Shown in pieces: positions 56,915 to 64,000 of a stretch of DNA of 64,000 bases; position 1 is the stretch's first letter, and the number at the start of each line of letters is the position of its first letter. Location of the stretch: NCBI GenBank assembly GCA_965116875.1, contig OZ220733.1:96001-160000 (forward strand). Reading direction: 5' to 3'. A program made the position numbers and the translations under genes. The notes below the pieces were generated by a model. It was not told where the DNA came from. It did not search any database and saw only the letters and a list, made by a program, of their open reading frames with translations. Origin of the DNA: Candidatus Latescibacterota bacterium (GTDB taxonomy: Bacteria; Latescibacterota; UBA2968; GCA-2709665).

Positions 56915-58948
56915 ATGAAAGGGTCAACGACTTTAATCACCCTCCTTCTGTTGACGGCCGTCTTGATCGCCCAGGACAGCCGCGCGCAGGACTACAATCG
57001 CTGGAGCTTGCCCGAAGGCGCCCTCCTGCGGCTGGGCAAGGGAACCACGCGCGCCGTCGCCTGGTCGAAGGACGGCACGCGCCTTGCGGTGGCTGGCAGC
57101 TTCGGCATATGGTTCTACGATGCCCACACCGGCGCCGAAGTTTCCCTGCTCGGCCCGACCGGAGCCGCGTCGTTGGCGTTCTCGCCTGATGGAGAGACGC
57201 TGGCCAGCGGTGGTTTCAAAGAAATTCGGTTATGGGACGTGGCCACTGGTCAGGAGAAAGGCGTCCTCACAGGAAATCGCATTTCTGTCCTTTCGGTAGC
57301 GTTTTCGCCGGATGGGATGACGCTGGCGAGCGGCGGCGGGGACGATACGGTGCGGTTGTGGGACGTGGCCACAGGGCAGGTAAAAAGCACCATGAACGTC
57401 CATACCCGCGACGTCCATTCGGTAGCGTTTTCTCCGGATGGTAAGATGTTGGCAAGCGGCAGTGGCGACAGAACAGTACGGTTGTGGGACGTCGACACAG
57501 GAGAGGAAAGAGGCACACTTCCAGAACAACCCGATTGGGTCGGGTCCGTCGCGTTTTCGCCGGACGGGACGATGCTGGCAGTCGGCAGTGGTGACGGTCT
57601 GGTGCGGCTGTGGGACGTGGCGAACTGGCAGGTAAAGAGTACACTCGAAGGACATACCCGCCCACTCAGGTCGGTCGTGTTTTCGCCAGACGGGAGGACG
57701 CTGGCGAGCGGCAGTATGTACTACACAGTGCTATTGTGGGACGTGGCTACCGGGCAGGTAATAGACACCCTGACAGGACATTCCAACCGTGTGGATTCGG
57801 TCGTGTTTTCACCGGATGGGACGATGCTGGCAAGCGCCAGTGGTGACAATACGGTGCGGTTGTGGGACTTGGCGGCGGGGCAGGAAATAAGAACGCTGAC
57901 AGGACATAATGGATCCGTCAATTCGGTGGCGTTTTCGCCGGATGGTCGGACCCTGGCGCGCGGCAGCTGGGACGATACGGTGATGTTGTTGGACGCGGCC
58001 ACAGGGCAGGAGAAGAGTACCCTGGCACATACCGATTGGGTTAATTCGGTTGTATTTTCACCGGATGGGTTGACCCTGGCGAGCGGTAGCAGCGGCAGAA
58101 TGACGTTGTGGGACGTGGCCACCGGGCACGAAAAAAGCGCCGTGAAAGGACACACGTATGGCGTCAGATCGGTGGCGTTCTCGCCGGATGGTCGGACCCT
58201 GGTAAGCGGCGGTGGTGACAATACAGTGCGGTTGTGGGACGCGGCCACAGGGCAGGAGAAACACACGCTTGCAGGACATACAGACGACGTCAATTCGGTG
58301 GATTTGTCGCCGGATGGAATGACATTGGCAAGCGGTAGTTCGGACAAGACGGTACGGCTTTGGGACGTGGCCACAGGGCAAGAGAAAAACAACCTGACAG
58401 GACATACCCGCGATGTCAATTCGGTCGTGTTTTCTCCGGATGGAACGGTGTTGGCCAGTGGTAGTTCGGACAAGACGGTACGGCTTTGGGACGTGGCCAC
58501 AGGGCAGGAAATAAGCGCAATCGCGCAGCAAACGTCCTGGGTCTATTCAGTCGTGTTTTCGCCGGATGGAAGGACGTTGGCAAGTGGCGGCTCGGACCAG
58601 ACGGTTCGACTTTGGGACGTGGCCACAGGGGAGGAAATAAGCGCATTGGCAGGACATACGGGTACTGTACGTTCGGTGGTGTTTTCGCCGGATGGGATGA
58701 CCCTGGCGAGCGGCAGCAGCACGATTCTCCAATGGGATGTGTCGCGGTTTGTTACGTCACAGCCCCTTGCCGCTGACTTCGACGGCGACGGGACCGTGGG
58801 GTTTCCCGATTTTCTGCAGTTCGCGGCGCAGTTCGGGCAGAGCCATAACGACGCCACGTTTGACGCGAGGTTCGACCTGGACGGCGACGGTACTGTCGGG
58901 TTCAATGATTTCGTGATCTTTGCGCGCAACTTCGGACAGGGTTCATAG
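56915..58948 (+). CDS. Secreted WD40-repeat protein 4 (14 repeats) with a dockerin-like domain
   Basis: Same architecture. ATG 56915 follows GGAGG. Confidence 0.95.
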   Translation: MKGSTTLITLLLLTAVLIAQDSRAQDYNRWSLPEGALLRLGKGTTRAVAWSKDGTRLAVAGSFGIWFYDAHTGAEVSLLGPTGAASLAFSPDGETLASGGFKEIRLWDVATGQEKGVLTGNRISVLSVAFSPDGMTLASGGGDDTVRLWDVATGQVKSTMNVHTRDVHSVAFSPDGKMLASGSGDRTVRLWDVDTGEERGTLPEQPDWVGSVAFSPDGTMLAVGSGDGLVRLWDVANWQVKSTLEGHTRPLRSVVFSPDGRTLASGSMYYTVLLWDVATGQVIDTLTGHSNRVDSVVFSPDGTMLASASGDNTVRLWDLAAGQEIRTLTGHNGSVNSVAFSPDGRTLARGSWDDTVMLLDAATGQEKSTLAHTDWVNSVVFSPDGLTLASGSSGRMTLWDVATGHEKSAVKGHTYGVRSVAFSPDGRTLVSGGGDNTVRLWDAATGQEKHTLAGHTDDVNSVDLSPDGMTLASGSSDKTVRLWDVATGQEKNNLTGHTRDVNSVVFSPDGTVLASGSSDKTVRLWDVATGQEISAIAQQTSWVYSVVFSPDGRTLASGGSDQTVRLWDVATGEEISALAGHTGTVRSVVFSPDGMTLASGSSTILQWDVSRFVTSQPLAADFDGDGTVGFPDFLQFAAQFGQSHNDATFDARFDLDGDGTVGFNDFVIFARNFGQGS

Positions 58949-59039
58949 GCGCCGTATCAGTGCCTGATCATGCCAGAACTGTATCCATGCTGTTCTACCT
59001 CAGTTAATCTCCGTAATCATAGTCAGGGAGGGCATTCAG

Positions 59040-61205
59040 ATGAAAAGATCAGCGGTTTTGGGCCTCATTCTTTTTCTCACGACTGTTTTGTCTGCGCCGA
59101 ACAGCCGCGCGCAGGATTACCTTCGCTGGGGACTGCCCGAAGGGGCACTGCTGCGCCTGGGGAAGGGCGACACGCGCGTGGTGGCCTGGTCGCCGGACGG
59201 TAAGCGCCTGGCCGTGGCCGGCAGCGTAGGAATCTGGCTCTACGATGCCGGCACCGGGGCGGAAGTTTCCCTGCTCACGGGCCATACTTCCAGAATCAGT
59301 AGTATGATTTTTTCGCGTGATGGGCTGACCCTGGCAAGCGGTAGTCATGACCATACGGTGCGTTTGTGGGACGTAACCGCGGGTCAGGAGAAAAGCACCC
59401 TCACAGGACATACCGATTGGGTCAATTCAGTGGCGTTTTCCCCTGATGAGAGAACACTGGCAAGTGGCAGCAATGACCATAGGGCGATATTATGGGACGT
59501 GGCCACGGGGCAGAAAATCAACACCCTCGCTGGACATACTCATGCCGTTGGTTCGGTGGAGTTTTCGCGTGATGGAAAGACCCTGGCAAGCGGCAGTGGT
59601 GACATGACGGTGCGGTTGTGGGACGTAGCGTCGGGGCAGGCAACAAACACCCTCGCAGGACATACCAATACTGTCAGTTCAGTGGCTTATTCTCCAGATG
59701 GGACAACTTTGGCAAGCGGCAGTCGTGACATGACGGTGCGGTTGTGGGACGCGGCCACAGGACGGGAGAGGCGCACCCTTACAGGACATACGGATTGGGT
59801 CGATCCTGTGGCGTTTTCGCCGGATGGGACAATGCTGGCGAGTGCCAGTAATGACAGTACCGTACGGTTATGGGACGTGGCTGGGGGGCACGAAAAAGCA
59901 ACCCTTAAAGGACATACAAACAGGGTCTACCTTGCGGTGTTTTCGCCCGACGGGACGACGCTGGCAAGCGGAGGTCGCGACGGTACGGTGCGTCTTTGGG
60001 ACGTGGCTACGGGGCAGGAAAAACACACTCTCAGAGGACATACGAGGACCATCACGTCGGTCGCTTATTCTCCAGACGGCACGACGCTGGCAAGTGTCGG
60101 TTGGGACAATACGGTGCGGCTGTGGGACGTGGCCACCGGGCAAGCGAAGGACATCCTCACAGGACATTCCAGTGGTGGCAGGTCAGTGGTGTTTTCACCG
60201 GATGGGGCCATGCTTGCAAGTGCCGGTTCTGACCAGACGGTACGGTTGTGGGACGTGGCCACCGGACGGGAAATAAGCGCCCTCACGGGACATCGGGGCT
60301 GGGTCAGGTCGGTTGTATTTTCGCCGGACGGGACAATGCTGGCAAGTGCCGGGAATGACCGAACGGTACGGTTGTGGGACGTGGCCACGGCGCAGGAATT
60401 AAGCACACTCACGGGACATACGTCCTGGGTCACTTCGGTCGTGTTTTCACCGGATGGGGCGATGCTGGCAAGTTCAGGCTGGGACGATACGGTGCGGTTG
60501 TGGGACGTGGCCACGGTGCGGGAAACATACACCCTCACAGGTCATACACAGACAATCAGATCGGTTGCGTTTTCGCCCGATGGGAGGATGTTGGCAAGCG
60601 GAGGTGGCGACGAATCGGTACGGTTGTGGGACGTTGCCGCAAGACAGACAAGAAACACCCTCGCAGGACACAGCGGCACTGTCAACTCCGTGGCGTTCTC
60701 GCCGGACGGGACGTCGCTGGCAAGCGGAGGTAATGACAATACGGTGCGGTTGTGGGACGTGGCTACTGGGCGGGAAATCAGTACCCTTACGGGACACACA
60801 AATTGGATCTATTCGGTAGCGTTTTCGCCGGACGGGAGGACCCTGGCAAGCGGGGCTGTGGACCATACGTTGCGGTTATGGGACGTGGACACGGGGCAGG
60901 AAAAAGGCACCCTGCCAACGGGGACCCTTTCTGTGGCGTTTTCACCCGATGGGATGACCCTGGCAAGCGGCGGCGGCGGGATTCTTCTCTGGGATGTCTC
61001 GCCTCTTGTCGTACCTCAACCCCTTCCTACCGACTTCGACGGCGACGGCACTGTGGGCTTTCCCGACTTCCTGCAGTTTGCATCCCAGTTCGGGCAGACC
61101 AAGGACGACGCCGGTTATGACGCGCGCTTCGATCTGGACAGTGACGGTACAGTCGGGTTCAACGATTTTGTGATCTTTTCGCGCAGCTTTGGCCGGGGGA
61201 CATGA
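59040..61205 (+). CDS. Secreted WD40-repeat protein 5 (15 repeats) with a dockerin-like domain
   Basis: Same architecture, with very regular 42-aa repeats. Confidence 0.95.
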   Translation: MKRSAVLGLILFLTTVLSAPNSRAQDYLRWGLPEGALLRLGKGDTRVVAWSPDGKRLAVAGSVGIWLYDAGTGAEVSLLTGHTSRISSMIFSRDGLTLASGSHDHTVRLWDVTAGQEKSTLTGHTDWVNSVAFSPDERTLASGSNDHRAILWDVATGQKINTLAGHTHAVGSVEFSRDGKTLASGSGDMTVRLWDVASGQATNTLAGHTNTVSSVAYSPDGTTLASGSRDMTVRLWDAATGRERRTLTGHTDWVDPVAFSPDGTMLASASNDSTVRLWDVAGGHEKATLKGHTNRVYLAVFSPDGTTLASGGRDGTVRLWDVATGQEKHTLRGHTRTITSVAYSPDGTTLASVGWDNTVRLWDVATGQAKDILTGHSSGGRSVVFSPDGAMLASAGSDQTVRLWDVATGREISALTGHRGWVRSVVFSPDGTMLASAGNDRTVRLWDVATAQELSTLTGHTSWVTSVVFSPDGAMLASSGWDDTVRLWDVATVRETYTLTGHTQTIRSVAFSPDGRMLASGGGDESVRLWDVAARQTRNTLAGHSGTVNSVAFSPDGTSLASGGNDNTVRLWDVATGREISTLTGHTNWIYSVAFSPDGRTLASGAVDHTLRLWDVDTGQEKGTLPTGTLSVAFSPDGMTLASGGGGILLWDVSPLVVPQPLPTDFDGDGTVGFPDFLQFASQFGQTKDDAGYDARFDLDSDGTVGFNDFVIFSRSFGRGT

Positions 61206-61573
61206 TGCGAACACGCCGTGTTAGAGTGGATTCTCGTCGTGAGATCGGATATGCAACCGGCCTGGAGCGGTCCAGGTTTAGTCCGCGTTTTGAAAGGAGG
61301 TGATATTGGAATCCACGTCAAGAAAAGTCAGACCGCGGAATGTTTACGCGAGTAGCTATGGCTCGGGGAAAGTGCTGAAATAGCGCGTCGGTGTTGGAAG
61401 CGGTCGAACGACACCGCCGAACAACGCACACGGGGTCCCTCGATTGCGCCATCACTGGCTCCAGGGCAAATGTAGATCGCGTCAGTCTCAGGCTCTTTAT
61501 GGGTCTCGATCCGCTTCAAATCACGGTTTGTCCGTCTTAATCAGGGTAGATCATAGTAAGGGAGGACATTCAG

Positions 61574-63666
61574 ATGAAAAAGCCCGCGATTTTGAGCTTC
61601 ATTCTTCTTTCTGCGGCTGTCTTGCCGGCGCAGAACAGCAACGCGCAGGACTACACTCGTTGGAATCTGCCCGAAGGCGCCCGCATGCGATTGGGCAAAG
61701 GAAACGTGCTCGACGTGGCCTGGTCGCCGGACCGCACGCGCCTGGCCACGGGGGGCACCGCCGGCATCTGGCTCTACGATGCCCACACCGGCGCGGAAAT
61801 TTCCCTGATCACCGGACATTCGTTCCGGGTCAATGCGGTTGCGTTTTCACCCGATGGTCTGACGCTGGCAAGTGGCAGCAGGGACGATACGGTGCGGTTG
61901 TGGGACGTGGAAACGGGGCAGGAAAGGAGCATTCTCACGGGCCATAGATACGACGTCGAGGCGGTGGCATTCTCGCCGGATGGGACGACCCTGGCCAGCG
62001 GCAGTCGCGACGGCACGGTGCGGGTGTGGGACGTGGCCACAGGACAGGAAAAACACACCCTTTTAAACGAAAAGTACCGGGAATTGGGGAACAGGCCCTT
62101 TGTCTATTCAGTGGCATTTTCGCCCGACGGTTTGACGCTGGCAAGCGCCGGAAATGACTCGACGGTACGGGTGTGGGACATCGAAACGGGACAGGAAGAA
62201 CATACGCTGACGGGACATACCCATCGGGTCTGGTCGGTGACGTTTTCGCCGGACGGAATGACGCTGGCCAGTGGGAGTCGGGACAACACGGTGCGGGTGT
62301 GGGACGTGGAAACGGGACAGGAAAAGTTCACCATGGACGGGCATACCCATTGGGTGTATTCGGTGACGTTTTCGCCCGATGGAGCAACGCTGGCCAGCGC
62401 CAGTCGGGACAGCACCGTGCGGGTGTGGGACGTGGAAACCGGACAGGAGAAACACACACTCACAGGGCATGAGTCCAGAGTCCGGTCGGTTGCGTATTCG
62501 CAGGACGGGATGACCCTGGCGAGTCGCGGTGTCGACAATACGGTGCGACAGTGGGACGTGGAAACGGGGCTGGAGAAGGGCGCCCTCAGACTTACAGGGC
62601 ATACCTCCGCCGTCGGTTCGGTTGCATATTCGCCGGACGGAACGATACTGGCCAGCGGCGGTAGCGACCGCATGGTCCGGTTGTGGGACGCGGCCACAGG
62701 GCAGGAATTGAACACCCTCACAGGACATACGCGGTTTGTCAATTCCGTGGCGTTTTCACCGGATGGGTTGACTCTGGCAAGCGGCGGCAGCTATCGGGAC
62801 GATACGGTGCGGTTATGGGATGCGGCCACTGGGCACGAGAAACACACCCTCATAGGACATACGGGCAGCGTCGAGTCGGTGGCTTTCTCGCCGGATGGCA
62901 AGACGCTTGCAAGCGCCGGCGGCTATCGGGACAGTACGGTGCGGGTGTGGGACGCGGCCACAGGGCAGGATATACGCACCCTCACAGCACATACCGGAAG
63001 GGTCGAGTCGGTGGTTTTTTCGCCGGACGGGTTGACGCTCGCAAGCGCCGGAAACGACTCTACGGTGCGGTTGTGGGATGTGGCCACAGGGAACGAGAAA
63101 CACGCCCTCACAGCAGCTACCCAATGGATCAATGAGGTGGCGTTTTCGCCGGATGGGACGACGCTGGCAAGCGCAGATATTGGCGGTTCGGTTCGGTTCG
63201 GTTGTGGGACGTGGCCACAGGGCAGGACATACGCACCTTCACTGGCGAAAATTTCCGTTCGTTGGCGTATTCGCCGGATGGGATGACGCTGGCAACCGGC
63301 AGTGCGCACAACCGGGTGTGGCTGTGGAACGTACCCTCAGGGCAGGAAATAAGCACCCTCACCGGCCATACCGATCCGATCAATTCGGTGGTGTATTCCC
63401 CGGATGGGAAAACGCTGGCAAGCGCCGGTTACGACGGTACGATCTTGCTGTGGGACGTCTCGTCACGTGACGCGCTGCAACCCCTTGCCGCCGACTTCGA
63501 CGGTGACGGAACCGTGGGCTTTACAGACTTTCTGCTATTCGCCGCGAAGTTCGGGCTGAGCTGGGGAGATGCGGGATATGACTCCCGCTTCGATCTGGAC
63601 AACGACGGGGAAATTCGGAACCAAGATTGGTGGATCTTCCTAAAGAGCTTCGGCCGGGGTGGATGA
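61574..63666 (+). pseudogene. WD40-repeat protein 6, frameshifted at a (CGGTT)4 tract (pseudogene, phase-variable gene or assembly error)
   Basis: ORFs 61574-63286 and 63202-63666 join into one 14-repeat + dockerin-like protein if one CGGTT unit at 63184-63203 is removed. Confidence 0.88.
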
Positions 63667-63776
63667 TACGAACACGCCGCGCAGGGTTCCGGTTGAGCCG
63701 ATTTTCTCCACGAATCCATCGCTCGGCGCAGGTCGTCGACATACTGGAATCAATCACTGTCTTTTCGTGCCATTAA

Positions 63777-63966
63777 CCCTAATTCGAAAAAACTGCAACC
63801 GGGCGTCGTGATAAAACCCACAGAAACGGGGTGATGACGTCGTCCGGACGGACATTTTTTCCGTTCACGTACAGTGACCTGGTGTATCCTGGTAATCCGC
63901 CGTCTAATCGCCTTTATTAACTTGCACATATTCGAATTAACATTCACGAAAAATTGCGAATCAAGG
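63777..63966. mobile_element. ~190-bp MITE-like element, family A, copy 2 (inverted relative to copy 1)
   Basis: Ends CCCTAATTCG...CGAATCAAGG, TTAA direct repeats (63773-63776, 63967-63970). Shares a 26-nt identical core with 1765-1790. Confidence 0.85.
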
Positions 63967-64000
63967 TTAAATCCTGGTTCATCCCTCGTAATCAAAGTCA

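Noticed and set aside
51617-61573. Integron attC sites between the co-oriented WD40 genes
   Set aside because: No RYYYAAC...GTTRRRY-bounded palindromes recur in the spacers, and there is no tyrosine integrase in the window.
49523-63666. Diversity-generating retroelement as the source of WD40 variation
   Set aside because: No reverse transcriptase gene, and no template/variable repeat pair differing only at adenines was seen. A trans-acting element elsewhere cannot be excluded.
63750-63995. 81-aa minus-strand ORF, and the ORFs over 1585-1887 and 17091-17279
   Set aside because: They lie over MITE-like elements and show no protein motifs.

Overview
GC-rich bacterial chromosomal window. About 1-34 kb is housekeeping: lepB, rel, mutS, mtaB, rpsA, plsC, cmk, scpAB, gcvH, accCB, efp, bioB, mnmG, smpB, amidase, a DnaC-like ATPase, rdgB and slt. 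About 34-48 kb is a catabolic region with two heparinase II/III-like proteins, an MBL hydrolase, an aldo/keto reductase and a DapA-family aldolase. About 48.5-63.7 kb is a tandem array of six co-oriented paralogues, each with a signal peptide, 14-15 WD40 repeats and a C-terminal dockerin/EF-hand-like module. This repertoire suggests a Latescibacterota/Gemmatimonadota-like (FCB) organism, possibly a sponge symbiont (inference only). The WD40 locus is the best candidate for an undescribed system. It has a near-consensus sigma70 promoter, a ~900-nt leader with seven degenerate ~71-72-bp tandem units, homologous spacers carrying the complement of the 16S 3' end, localised top-face hypervariability, a chimeric paralogue, and a (CGGTT)4 slippage frameshift in the last gene. 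Three families of small non-autonomous IS-like elements were also found. No rRNA, tRNA, cas, reverse transcriptase or integrase gene was seen. All alignments were done by eye and no database search was run.
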